This document shows, in pieces, positions 11,386-24,106 of a stretch of DNA of 63,882 nucleotides; positions within the stretch are counted from its first letter, which is position 1; every line of letters begins with the position of its first letter. The notes beneath the pieces were generated by a model. It worked only from the letters and a program-made list of their open reading frames with translations, ran no database searches and had not been told where the DNA came from. The stretch covers positions 132,867,805 through 132,931,686 of the forward strand of contig NC_058132.1 in assembly GCF_016433145.1 (NCBI RefSeq), in the 5' to 3' direction. This DNA is from Gracilinanus agilis (Eukaryota). Both the position numbers and the translations under genes were made by a program.

Positions 11386-11572
11386 TTTAAATTAACCCTT
11401 ACCTTCTGTCTTAGAATTGGTACTAAGTATAGATTCTAAGGCAGAAGAGTGTTAAAGATTAAGCAATTGGGGCTCAGGGTCACATAGCTGGAAAGTGTTT
11501 GAGGTCAAAATTGAATCTAAGTCCTCCAAACTCCAGGCCTGATGCTCTATTCACTGTGTGACCTAGATGCCC
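11386..11572 (-). mobile_element. SINE1_Mdo-type SINE (older)
   Basis: acccttaccttctgtcttagaa...ctccaggcctgatgctctattcactgtgtgacctagatgccc. Confidence 0.85.
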
Positions 11573-12184
11573 AGAGAGGTAGACTTATTGTGGATAATTT
11601 TCAGGACAATAAGAGTTTCAGCTATATCATTGGAGGGAGTAGCCATTCTGAAGAGAATATAGATTCATTCAAGTATGGAAATGCCAGTAATAGTAACAAT
11701 GACATCCTTCTTCCACTAGAGTCCTCCTCGGATTCTTGAAATGACCCTGCAGTCTCAAATGCTATAGTCAAAGAGAATGAAAATTCTGGTAGATCCCACC
11801 AAGTTGGAAGTCTTCTTTTATGAACCTGGTAATGATTTATCTGCTGTTGAATAAGGACCAGTCCTACAAAGTGTTAGATGACCATCACTTGTAGGTTGAT
11901 TGTCAAATAAAGGATATTTTTGGCAATAGTGACTCATAAAGTGTCACAATCAATGAGGGAGGAGTCAGAGGAAGGAGCTGCAATAAAATCATCGATGTCC
12001 CAAACTAGTAATAATGCTAATGAAGCTCATATGGCATATAATATTTTATGTTTTTAGAACATTGCTTTTTTTCTTAACTCACATATTTACTTCAGGAACT
12101 TCCTATTCTATCTACTTCTTTCACTTCTCTATTTGCCTTGACCACTCTATTAGTAATGGAATTATTAATAGTAATTAGCAATGA

Positions 12185-12325
12185 TGATGTCAAGAATTTT
12201 AGCACAATGGGTAGAACCCTGTGGAGGATTTATGGAAAGGTATATACTGGACTTGCAGAGGAGCCTATGGCTGGGGTTTGAGGAATACTCACATACATCA
12301 ATGAGATTACTGATCTATTGAAATA
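12185..12325 (+). mobile_element. RTE LINE 3' end (ancient marsupial RTE); may extend upstream to about 11573
   Basis: tgggtagaaccctgtggaggatttatggaaag and ggaatactcacatacatcaatgagattactgatctattgaaata resemble the marsupial RTE 3' terminus as I recall it (peptide TLWRIYGK vs PLRKIYGR). Confidence 0.6.
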
Positions 12326-12374
12326 AGAATAAAAAATAATAACCTCATATTTGCTCATTTTATTCCACTCCCTT

Positions 12375-12376
<2 letters not shown>

Positions 12377-12417
<41 letters not shown>
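12377..12417. repeat. (CA)n microsatellite
   Basis: About 20 uninterrupted AC units. Confidence 0.98.
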
Positions 12418-12418
<1 letters not shown>

Positions 12419-15400
12419 CTCCTTGAAAGCAGGGACTGTGTTGTTCATCTTTCCATTTACCATATTCCCCAATAGTGTCTCACAACATATATTGAATGAA
12501 TACGTGAATTGATTTTTTCCCCTTTTCAAAGTACTTACGTGTAATGTTTTCTTTGAACTTTCTGAGCTTAGTGTCTCTTGGTGCCACTAAACGTCACTCC
12601 AAAAGTATGTAGTTGATTAAATTTTATTTGAGGCAATACGACCCCAGTAGGGCTTCAGAACAACACAGGAACGGCTTTAGTGCCATCGTCCAATATCAAG
12701 GTATTAAGTAGAAATTAGCCCATGGAAGGATATCAGTGCCTTAGTATTTTAGCCATTGTCATCAAGGCTGACCTTCATTTTTTCCATTGACTGGAATGAG
12801 GCCAAGGGCAGGAGGCTCACATTAGCACTCTTCACACATACACCAGCTAAGAATGAAAGCCCGGCATAGGGGAGGGGCAGAACTTTTTGATTCTTTTATG
12901 TTGAATCTCTTTTGTGCTTAACTACACTCTCAGCTCCCTCCATCTGTTGTACCCAGTGTCTAGCTGACAATGCAGCTGGGTTGCCTCTGCCTGAACGATG
13001 GAAGGGGAAAAAAAGAAATGGGGAAATGGGATGTTTGCTTTGGCATGAGGGTTTTAATAATCCTCCCGAGTGCACAAATTTTACCTTCCTCCTCTATTAA
13101 ATCCCAAGAAATGACTTTTCTTAGTAAAGGGGAGGAAATTAGCAGGGAAATAGACTTGTTATGTTTTAGTATAGTTATTCTTGGAGGAATAGAATCAATT
13201 GGCAAACAGAGGAATGTGCCCAAGGATGTTCATGGCTCTTTAGGGTGTATGCAGGGAAGTCACAAGGGATTAACTAATTTTCCTTTCGTTATGATACAAC
13301 TTTGTTTAACCCACATTAAAAAGAATTACCAAGCTATTACCATCTATCCCCCAACAGCTGGTATCAGTTATTTTACAAATGTGTAATGCCTAAAAACTGA
13401 TTTCAGTAAAAAATTTCCATTTGTTTCAAAGTCAGGCATTGAGAGAGAAAAATAGGAAACCCTGATCTGACTTTTCCCTTGATCGTACTCAGTAGTAGGT
13501 CTGTATGTCATAGACCTATGATTTCATCCATGTGAAATGTCCCTTTGGTCTTATCTGCCTGAGATTCAAATAGTTAAGTGATTTGCCCATGGTCAGAACT
13601 AGTTAGGTGGCTTCTTGACTCCTACCCAGCCCTATATCTATTCCACAATGCTGGCTTCGAGATTTAAATGCCTTTCATTTTTATGGATGTTCACAGTCAG
13701 TCAAAATGAAATATGACACTAATTGCATGACCCTAGCCATCACTTAACTTCTACTTGTCTCAGTTTGCTCATCAGTAAAATGGAGGTAATAAATAATAGC
13801 ACCACTTCACAGGGATGTTATGAGAATAAAATAAAATGATATTTGTAAAGCACTTTGCAAATCTTAAAATGCTATAAAATGGTTGCTATTATAATAACCC
13901 TATTAGGTTTAAGTTGAAGCCGTGGCCCCTAACATCCCTGACCTTTTTACATGATTGCTAATTGTACGGTGAATGTGATTCTAAGGGAATAAAAAGCACC
14001 TATCACACATTTACTATGAACAGAAGCACTCTGCTAAGAACTAGGGATATATATTTTTTAAATGTCAGCTCTAACTCTCAAGAAGCTCACATTCTAAGTG
14101 GGGGAGATAATATATTTTGGAAGTTTTAGGGTTCTATTCTCAGTGCATCTGAAAGAACAAAGCCTCCAGTCCGATGTAAGATCACTAGCTTCAGGCATGA
14201 GAGTCAACCTCAAGTCCAGTCCTTGATCTTAAAATGGATTTTTGCCTTTAAATCTAAAATGCTTTACATGGTAATAGAAAGTCCCTTTTATATCTCCCCA
14301 AAGGGTGACCTCATAGGACAAATGTCAGAAGAGGAAGAAATTGGGATATGGGACCAATACCAGAGAAAAGGTGATGAAACTACATGACAAGCACAGAGAT
14401 AAAACCTGCTCTCATTCTGCAGCTTGGTATTTCTTGATGAAGGGCTTTGTTCTCCAACACTGCAAAGGTCTTCTATCACTCTAATGCTCTCATCATAGAA
14501 GATTCATTGGGACATTCAGCCACTATTACTGTTGCAAAAGCACAGATTGAAATTCCTTTGCAGGTGTGCTGTGAAATAACTCATGCAAAATTCCGTGCTT
14601 AAATATTTGAGGGATGAGATTGGGTGTTAAAGGTATCATAAATACTCTCAGAATGACTATTTTGTCATAAGGTAACTAACTGTCCTTTACTTTGGGCACT
14701 TTTTTTTAGAACAATTTTTTTTAAAGAAGACTCTCTATTCTTATCATTTCTTTCCTAGTCTGCTTTTCTTTGTGCCTTCCCTCTGAAACCGTCCCCAGTT
14801 TATCCTGCCTGTATCTTCTTTGTACATTAGTTTTACATGTTATTTCCCCCATTGGACTAGGAATTCCTTGACATCAGGGACCAAGTCACTGTTTTTTGTT
14901 TGTTTGTTTGTTTTCTCTTTGTATAATCCCATTGCCTCGCATAGTGCCTGGCACTATGCTTAATGTTATATTGCATGAGTTAATATATTAACACTTCATG
15001 AAGATGGGGGTGTGCCAGGCCTTTCCCTTTCCATACCCCTCTATTACTATCATAGGGCAGAGGAGGACCACTTAAAAGTTTGTCACATCCTATGAAACTC
15101 CTGGTCCTTTTACTACTGGCTCATAATTCAAGGAGAACTAACTAGCTCTTCAACCTCCAATAAGGTGGGCCAGAACTAGAAAAGACAACTCTAAGCATAT
15201 TCCATGGGAAGACCCCTGTTATAATCAAATCACCAGGATTTGCAACACATGAAATTATGCAGAAGTCATATTTAATACTTATCTCCTCTTCCTTTTTTAA
15301 GTTGAATTTCTGGTTATTTTTAGATGTTTTTTATAATCATGGAGAAAGCATACAAAACCTAAGTACTGTGAGTTTAAGCAATATCTCCCCCCAAACAGGA

Positions 15401-15429
15401 ACCTGTTGAAAGAAAAAAATCTTTTCTTT

Positions 15430-15835
15430 TGTGCTTTAATTAATGAGGGAAAACTCAAGACAAAGGAAATTAGAAGGAGTTTATTACAAATAAATCAAGG
15501 TAGCACATCATAGATGAACTTACTGCCAGAGATCAGCAAATTTTCAGGACAGGGCAGGTGCGTTATAGTACATCTTCTGAGATGAGATAAAGAAAAATTT
15601 GATAGTTTCACATTAGCAAAAGAGGTTGGGCTCTTGCAACTCAATTCCTCTCCTAGTACAGGACAATCTGCACAGGCAGGATAAGTGGAACACGTGGGAC
15701 AGGTGGGACATGTTGGGGTAGTTGACTTATGCTATGTGCCAAATCTCAGAAGATGAAGATTTAGTCATATCTCTTCCCCCAATACCTATTGACCAGCAGG
15801 CCTGGGAACAATGAGTCACTGAACCAAAATACTTT
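15430..15835 (-). mobile_element. Possible LTR-like fragment
   Basis: Antisense LTR-like layout: tttatt near the left end, mixed-GC body, ggtgggac repeats. Ends not resolved. Confidence 0.35.
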
Positions 15836-15844
15836 CAATAAACT

Positions 15845-16312
15845 TTAGAGGTCAAAGAAATGGAGTCTGCAGGTTGTGCTGATTCTATCTTAAACAAGAA
15901 GTCAGCATTCCCCTCCCATCCAAATATTGTTATGAGATTAGCTAGTGACCTCCTACCTCCACCACCAAGGATGTTACCTATAGAGAAACATTCATGCTGG
16001 AACGGACTTAATCTTGAGCAGCATCAAAGTTACTTCAAAGTTAAGACATGATCCTCAATCCCCAAATCACCTGATCTCTTGTCCCATCTAAAAGGAAGAA
16101 TAAGGAAAGTAGCTATGCAACCTCACCTGCTAGGCATCTTTTGTCTTCCTCTTAACGCTCTCTGTAAATCCCTATATGTGTGTGTGTGTGGATCTCCCTC
16201 TGTTCTTCAGAGTTACTAGCCACTTGGCAACTGCCCATCTCAGAATACTAATTAAACTTTAAATTTTTTATCTTCTAGTCTTTCCTCTTGATTTATTGTT
16301 TTTAGGTCAAAA
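15845..16312 (+). mobile_element. Probable solo LTR
   Basis: Starts agaggtcaaagaaatggagtctgcagg, has cctatatgtgtg and a downstream attaaa signal, ends tttaggtcaaa. Confidence 0.5.
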
Positions 16313-16840
16313 GGACCATGATGGGAAGAATTACTCTCCTGGAAGATTTTATAATCTCTGGGATGAAGAATTTTCCAATAGGATCATAAATAATAGAAGT
16401 TTAGATTTAGAATGGATGGGACATTAGATATTTTCAGATCCAACTCCTTCATTTTATTCACGTCAAACTCAAGACCTAAAGAGTGAGCTCGGTATTCTAC
16501 ATGCCCCAAGTTTCTGCATATTCTGTTTCACAACTTCACAACATGGGTTGGCAAAGACTCTCTCTTTTTTTTTTAAACCTCTCTTTCTAGATCCCTAGTT
16601 GGTCTGAGATCAAGGCGTGATTAGAAAATAATGAAGAATAATTCTCTATTACCTGATCAACCTACCTATATTTTAGAATTTGCTGACTTTTATTAGATGA
16701 TCTTTCAGTCCCTTCCAGTTCTAAAAATTTCTATGACTGACTTCACATATCCTGCCCTTGGATGTGACAGTATTATTCTTTTTGGTTAGAAATTTAGCAT
16801 AACTGAAAACTCATTCTAGTCTATACTAAAAAAAAAATGC

Positions 16841-17051
16841 TTTTTTTTTAAAAAAACCTTTACCTTCCATCTTAGAATCAATACTGTGTTTTGGTTCCAA
16901 GGTAGAAGAGAGGTAAGTAAGGGCAAGGCAATGGGGGTTAAGTGACTTGCCCAGAGTCACACAGCTAGGAAGTGTCTGAGGCCAAACTTGAACCTAGGAC
17001 CTCCTGTCTCTAGGCCTGGCTCTCAATCCACTGAGCTACCCAGCTGTCCCC
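16841..17051 (-). mobile_element. SINE1_Mdo
   Basis: Full antisense consensus ending gagctacccagctgtcccc, with T-rich tail. Confidence 0.95.
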
Positions 17052-17199
17052 TAAAAATTTTTTTTTGATAATTATATTTCAATATAATTGGTTTCCTTTG
17101 TAATCCTATGTATTTTGTCTTGTGCACAGTCTAAAGTTTCCATTAGGCTTCACCAAGATTGCCAAAGAAGTTTGCAACAGAAAGAGGTCAAGAACCCTT
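17052..17199 (-). mobile_element. Ancient hAT (Charlie4-like) fragment
   Basis: atttcaatataattggtttcctttgtaatcctatgtatttt...ggcttcaccaagattgccaaag...ggtcaagaaccc. Confidence 0.7.
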
Positions 17200-17699
17200 T
17201 GGTTCTTAATTCACATATATAGTTTTGTGTATGTATATGAATTTTTGTTTTTGCCTTTTTTGTTTTCTTTGGAGGCAAGAAGTGTTACCAAAACTTAGAG
17301 GACTTTGATACCAAAAACAGAGAGGGAGGCAAGGAGAGCAGTACAATTATTCTTCTCCCATCTGCAAATAGAGCAGTATGTAAGCTGCTTTAGGGGGGAA
17401 ATATTCCCAGCTCCTTAGAGCCCCCACAGCCCCCAAAAATGAATTTTTAAAAATAGGCTCAGGGCTTTAAAAACATTCTTCATCTCAGATTCCAGACTAT
17501 CCCAAAATGGTAAAATTTGATACTTGCTTTCCATTTGAAACTGAGTTTAAGAGCCTTTCTCACAAATGCTTTTTAGGGAATAATTATAAATCTGCATACT
17601 CTGAGTGGGCTGAGCTGCCTGGAGATGGTAGGCTAAGGGGTTTGGCCAGAGCTTTCCCAGGAGTACTTTACAAAAGAATATTTACTTGATGAATAACAA

Positions 17700-17960
17700 A
17701 AACCATCTGCCCAATTCATCATTAAGTGGAAGTGATTTCAGGTCCTTGGTGCTGAGTTGGAGGAGGGGAAGCAGTTAGCATTAATTGTCAACATTTTAAT
17801 GGGTAAAACCAGGCCTAAGATGAATGGGGGAAGTGAGCTAGTATCATGCTATTTTGCATGAGCAGCCTCATTTGCATGGGCTATTAGGAGACTATTTACA
17901 TTCTAATTACAGGCTATTTGAATATTGCATTTATATTCTAATTACAGGCTTTTAGAAAGC
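17700..17960. promoter_or_regulatory. Candidate enhancer (octamer, ETS and TAATTA cluster)
   Basis: Unique sequence with ATTTGCAT 17870-17877, GGAAGTG at 17728 and 17829, and a duplicated 22-mer containing TAATTA. Confidence 0.4.
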
Positions 17961-18959
17961 TCATTTGTTTTCAAGGGAGAGCTTTGGTTTTAGAAGAATA
18001 AAAGATGCTGCATTCTGGACTCCTCTGAAGCCTGGGATGCTCATTGATCCTAGGAGAGCTGCCAGCCTTGGCACTTCAGAAAGCCAGTTTTAGTATTTAA
18101 GAAATCTAAATGACAGGAATGACTGACATGAATGAGTCTGTTGGGGTACATGGGGAAGGAGAAGGATTACAATTCCCTACATTTAGTTATGACCCTTTGG
18201 GCAAGTCTTTGGCTCCCTCTGAGCCTTGCTTCTCTCTTCAGTAAAACAATTTCCCTTCTCCGGTCCTTTCAACTTCTGAGTGTCTTTACAACCTCTAGAA
18301 ATCAGATTCAGACATGCAGAGTTTATTCTGAAACTTCTGCCTTTTTAGACATCTGTGGCTCCTCAAATCATAACAATTACTATAGAACCAGTCTGAGATT
18401 AGAAAAAAGAAACATATTCACAAACAAATTAGAACTGCCAGGGCTAGAGAATACATAACAATAGTTAAAGGCTCCCAGATTTTGTTGGTAGAAGTAATTC
18501 TTCCAGGAATATACATATGATTGCTGCAGTAACTCAATAGGTAAATTTCTATGAGTTGTTATAGTTAAAAAATGCATCACTGTAAGCAATGGAGTGATGT
18601 CTTTCTGAGTTTAAGTAGCCTGGTCCTCATACGATAGAATGATATCCTTCATTGGACCCCCTCTCAAGGTCTGTCCAACCTGGTAGGATTTACCAGAGTT
18701 CCTGTTCTATTTGTTCAAATAAGACAATATTTATAAAGCACTTAGCAGAGGGAATAATAATTTATTTTTGGTGAAGCATGACTAATTTAATGTCTTCAAA
18801 GCCTTGAACTCAATCATACAGTGAGGAAGGGGCTAGGGAACTTCTTTCAGGAAGGAACTTGAGCTAGAACCACTGGCGGCAGCATCACAAAGAGGAAAGG
18901 GAAGGGATAGAAAAAGCTTTTTTTTAAGCACCTACTTGTTGAAGACCCCATGGTAACAG

Positions 18960-19500
18960 CCATAGTGAGCAAATGTAATCTGGATGAAGATTCAGCATAG
19001 AAGACTGAGAATTAACAATAAGAAAGATAGAAGTACCAGGAGTGGACAGTGTCACAGAAATCTAGAAAGAAGAGAATATCAAGGAAAAAAGGATGATTCA
19101 TAGTGTCAAAGGCCGCAGAAAGATCACAATGGATGAGGAAAGTGATAATTAGTCATTTTAGAGGTAGTGGTTTCAGTTGAATGATAAGAATAGAAACTGG
19201 ACTGTAGAATTAAGAAGAGAATGAGAAAAAAGAAGTGACGACATCTGTAGTAGACCACCTTTTCAAGGAGTTTAGCTACAAAAGAGAAGAAAGATATAGG
19301 ATGATATGTAATAAAGATGGATGAATCAAGTGATGATTTTTTGAGGATGGGGAGAAATGAACATGTTTGTAGGCTATAGGGAAGCAGTCTGTAATAGATA
19401 GGAAGTGATTAAAGATAAGAGCAGAGATTATATATGATATATTTTGCTGAAGAAGACAGAATAGAATGGGATCACATGTACATATAAATGGTTTTGCTTT
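18960..19500 (-). mobile_element. L2 fragment
   Basis: cagtgtcacagaaatctagaaag...agtgtcaaaggccgcagaaagatc...ttcaaggagtttagc. Confidence 0.75.
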
Positions 19501-20010
19501 AGCAAAGAGAAAACTCACCTCTTCTTTTTCTTCTTCAACTTTTCTTTTTTCTTTTTTGTTGTATTTTTTCACATGTTGATATAACTTTTAATAATCAGTT
19601 TTTGACATTTTATAATCCATGTTCTCTCTCTCTTTTCCTTGTTCCCCCCACCCTGATGAGATAACATATATTATGATATAGGTTACACATGTGCTATCAT
19701 GCAATAGATATTTCCATGTTCAGCATGTTGCGAAAGACATATTGCTTATTAAAAAAAAAAAACCTCATGGAGACAAAGTGAAAAATAGTGCACTTCAATC
19801 TGCATTCAGACCCCATTGGTTCTTTCTTTGGTGGTGGATAGCTTTTTTCATCATGAGTCATTTGGAGTTGTCTGAGATCCTAGCATTGCTGATAATAGGT
19901 GAGTCATTCATAGTTGATCATTGTATATTATTGTTATTACTGTGTACAATGTTCTCCTGGTTCTACTCACTTCACTTTGCATCACTTCATATAAATCTTA
20001 CCAGGAATTT
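19500..20010 (-). mobile_element. Old L1 3' end
   Basis: gtgtacaatgttctcctggttctactcacttcactttgcatc and other antisense L1 3' UTR motifs. Confidence 0.8.
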
Positions 20011-20199
20011 TTAGGGCTACTTCTTTATGAGAGACACAAACGAAGGAGGATATAGTTTCAGAAAGCAAAAAGTAATATGTGGTGAAGAAGAGAGGTAAAG
20101 AGGGAATTCTTTGCAAATGGCCTTAATTTTTTCAGTGAAATATGAGTTTGGGTTCTCAGCTGAGAGGGTGAGGGAAAGGGAAGCTTTGAGAAGTTTGAG

Positions 20200-20860
20200 G
20201 AGGCAATTCTTTTTGTGGTAACAAAGTAGATATCCATCAACTGGGAAATGGCCAAACTGTGGTACAAGAAAATGAAAGAATATTATTATGCCATAATGAA
20301 TATGAAGAATTCAGAGAAGTTTGGAAAGACTTAGATGAAGTGGAGCAGAAAAAAAAAACAAGCATAGCCAGAAAAAAATTATGTTCGGGGGCAGCTGGGT
20401 AGCTCAGTGGAGTGAGAGTCAGGCCTAGAGACAGGAGGTCCTATGTTCAAACCCGGCCTCAGCCACTTCCCGGCTGTGTGACCCTGGGCAAGTCACTTGA
20501 CCCCCATTGCCCACCCTTACCAATCTTCCACCTATGAGACAATACACCGAAGTACAAGGGTTTAAAAAAAATTAAAAAAAAATTATGTTCAATGACTACA
20601 ATGACTACAATTGAAGACACCAAAAATATGAAACTGAACTCTATGTTATTATAATGACTCAGCTTGGCCCCAAAGAAGAGTTGAGGAAAGATACCTCCCT
20701 CTCTTCATCATAGAGGTGGGAACTATTGATTTGGAATATTATAAACTCCTCTCAAACTTATTTTTACTGAACTACCTTTGTTTCCCATTTCTAGTTTTAT
20801 TATTATTACTATAATTTGTTTCAAGACTGGCTTGCTAAGTAAGGGAGGCTAAGAGCAGGG
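20200..20860 (+). mobile_element. Old L1 3' fragment hosting a young SINE
   Basis: ccatcaactgggaaatggccaaactgtggta...gaatattattatgccata...ggaaagacttagatgaa. Confidence 0.7.
20387..20575 (+). mobile_element. Young SINE1_Mdo
   Basis: Full length, CpGs intact (aacccggcc, cccggctg, caccgaag), TSD aaaaaaattatgttc. Confidence 0.97.
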
Positions 20861-21119
20861 ATTCTAGGATTACAGATCTAGAAGTGAATGGGACCTTATA
20901 GGTCATTTAGGCCAATTCTCACATTTTACAGATGAGAAAATTGAGACCCAGAGAGGGTAAATTGCTTTCTGAAGTGGCATAATAACATAAGTGGCCCAGC
21001 TAAGATTTAAATTCGCTTTCTATTCCTACAAATTGAACATATTCCCCTGTACCATATTCCCTCCCAATATCTAACTTTTGATAATACTTTTATATTGATG
21101 TTTTTTAAGTAGTAAATTT

Positions 21120-22000
21120 TTAAAAATCAGGCTTTATAAGAGAGAAAGACAGTAGGTTGTATATAAATGGAATGGAAAGATCATAGAATTGCATGATTTG
21201 GGAAATCTTGAGCTTTTTTTAAGCTTTTAGGAAGGAACCAGTAGAGAAGAAAAGTTGAAAACTTTAATGAAAGAGAGCAAGCTCCTAGAGGAGAAAAGAA
21301 GAATTGGGATTAAGAGTACAGATGGGAATATCAGTTTTAGCAAGGAGGACAGATATACCTTCCTCAGAGCTCCCTCTGGAAAGCAGCCTCAGAATTCTTA
21401 AGGAAAACAGCAGGCTTCATCATCTGCTGTAGATACACAGGTTGGGAGCTATGAGGAGTGATGAAAAAGCTTGTAACAGTTACTATGGGGAGCAAGATAG
21501 AGTCATTAAAGGTAGAGGAGAAAAATTGGCAAGAAACAAAGACAGCCCAGCTGAGGTTATTCACTGTAAAATTGAAATGAATTAAATCAGCTAGATTTCA
21601 TGACTTTCAGTGATTCTGAGACCCTGGGAATAAGAACAGACTGATACGGGGAGAATAGTGTAAGGGGTCACGAATATCAAAAGCTTCAGCTAGTGGTGAT
21701 TTTATGACAGTAGCTGATAAATTGCTAAAGTGGAAGACCATGTAGTCAAAGCCTAACTATAAGTCAAGAGATTGACTGGAAGAAAAGGAAAGGGTCAAGG
21801 GACCATAGTTCATGATAAGTACAAAAAAAAAATAGCTCTATTACGAGAGAGTGGGATAGAAGGAAGGAATAGGTTGTTGTGGTTAGAGACTGATATTTCA
21901 AAGTTCAGGAATTTGGAACTGATGCAATTCTCTTAGAGTGTTAGGTCTTAAGATGTGTGGCTACAAGGTGAAATGGGATAGAAAAAAATCATTGAAAGTG
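21120..22000 (-). mobile_element. L2 fragments
   Basis: Purine-rich antisense L2 body (cagtagagaagaaaagttgaaa, ggcttcatcatctgctg). Confidence 0.6.
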
Positions 22001-22008
22001 AGGAATTA

Positions 22009-22207
22009 GGGGACAGCTGGGTAGCTCAGTGGATTGAGAGCCAGGCCTAGAGACGGGAGGTCCTAGGTTCAAATCTGACCTCAGACACTTCTCAGCTGTG
22101 TGACCCTGGGCAAGTCACTTGACCACCATTGCCCACCCTTACCACTCTTCCACCTAGGAGCCAATGCATGATATTGACTCCAAGACAGAAGGTAAGGGTA
22201 TAAAAAA
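22009..22207 (+). mobile_element. SINE1_Mdo
   Basis: Full consensus; TSD aaagtgaggaatta. Confidence 0.97.
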
Positions 22208-22281
22208 AAGTGAGGAATTACATGATCAGAATATTAAAGGATTTATCAGTCTAAATAGAATTAATAATTAAAAATTCAGAA

Positions 22282-22463
22282 GGGGGAAGCTGGGTAGCTC
22301 AGTGGAGTGAGAGTCAGGCCTAGAGATGGGAGGTCCTAGGTTCAAATCTGGTCTCAGACACTTCCCAGCTGTGTGACCCTGGGCAAGTCACTTGACCCCC
22401 ATTGCCCACCCTTACCACTCTTCCACCTAGGAGCCAATACACAGAAGTTAGGAGTTTAAAAAA
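22282..22463 (+). mobile_element. SINE1_Mdo (young subfamily)
   Basis: Full consensus with agtggagtgagagtcagg; TSD aaaaattcagaa. Confidence 0.97.
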
Positions 22464-23975
22464 AAATTCAGAAAGGAACCACAAAGGTTCTTCTCTCTTT
22501 GTGCCCAGAGAAAGTACTTTCATAAACAAGGCAATAATTGGGCCTTTGTCATAATGTTAGCAGCCCCAAGGTTGGAAATAATAATAATGAATAATTTGGT
22601 TTAGTCAACTAAACCGCTGAATTAAATAAGAATGAATATTATCTTTTACAATCCTCTTTATTTATTGTGTCTAGCACAATACATTGTATATTATATATAC
22701 TTGAAAAATGATGAATGCATATAAGGAAGAACTTTCTACCAGCAGATCTACCCAATGGAATTTCCAATGGAATAGGCTGACATATATAAGTGATCTCCCT
22801 GTCACTGTAGGTATTCAAAAAGGAGGCTGGATTAACTATTGGTTATTAGGGTTTTTATAGAGCAGATTTATGATTGAGGTAGGGATTGAACTAGATGTCA
22901 TTCTAATATCCTTTCTTAAGGGATATATGAATGAAAATTCTGTTATTTTATAAGTGAATTGAAAACCAAATGTTCAGGATTTCCAATGTGATTTTCCCAC
23001 ACCATTCATTTTTTAGACAAGAGCAGCAGCTGCTTTGGCTACCTTTTCTCTGTCACCCATCTCACTCCCTGCCCCACCACCACCACCGCCCCTCAGAATT
23101 CAACAAGTCTTTCCCCCACAGTCATTCTCTTTTTGATAAGGCCAGGGTTTCTACAGTCAATACAGAGCACATCTTGTGTAGTCCTTTGATCATTCCTTTT
23201 CTATTTCTAATTTTTCCCAGAGAACCAGATCCTGGGAATCCCTCGGACCAAAGATAATTCAAAATGTCAAAGACAAAGAAGAAGAATGAAAAATAGATGC
23301 TATGCAAAGGATATAGTAATTTTAAGAAATCATTTTCAACTATTCATTTCAACATCTTAAATTACTCTACTAATTATCATTGTGTTTAAATCATTTGGAA
23401 GCAAATAGCATAATGAATAGAAGATTGGTACTGGAATTAGGAAGACTTGAATTTAAGTCTTATCCTTGACACATATACTCTGTGTGACAATGTTCAAGTC
23501 ACTTCATCTTTCAGTGGCACAAGACAGGTGCCTTTGAAGACTTTAAGTTACAGAGGAATTGCTGTTACTCATAGCTGAGAGAGTTCCCACACTGAAAGTT
23601 CCCTATACTGAAGAAAAGACTTAAAGAAGAGAGAAAAAACAAAATCCCGCCAAGGATTCAAAGAGACAAAAATGATCTTAAAATACTTTTTTTTAAGGTT
23701 CTGCAAAGGATCATAGGAATAGAAAATCTTCAAGGCAGTTATTTCATTTCATAGCTCAGACTTTGAAAACTTCATCTGGCTGATACTGATTGCTTGAGAA
23801 TTAGTCTGGTGCTGTCATTACTCATAAACTTTGGGGAACACCCACTGATAACAATGTGAAACATTCAGTGAGTTTACTGAAGTCTTCTACTCACTGGATC
23901 ATTAAGACATATTTCAACGATGAGGTCACGGGTGTTGTGTAAATCTCGAATTTATGGGGTGATTTGTACTTTCAG

Positions 23976-24106
23976 GGAGTTCTGACACGTCTTTGGCAAA
24001 GGCCCTCAGATGCCATGGATTGATGCCACTCAGAATCTTAGCTCAGGGATATGATCAGGTTGGAGCATGAATATGCTACATTAGAATTCTAACCCTCTGA
24101 TACAAG
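23976..24106 (+). other. Candidate non-coding exon
   Basis: Acceptor gatttgtactttcag|G and donor AAG|gtaaga; 131 nt; stops in all three frames. Confidence 0.3.

Noticed and set aside
11573-12320. Apparent bornavirus L-protein similarity (PAIG...TFP, NRVVK, DPTKL, PVED motifs)
   Set aside because: The matches fall on both strands and in non-colinear order, and the best one overlaps the antisense of the RTE 3' end; chance similarity.
12912-13386. 138-aa and overlapping ORFs
   Set aside because: No recognisable domain and no convincing splice context; compatible with chance.
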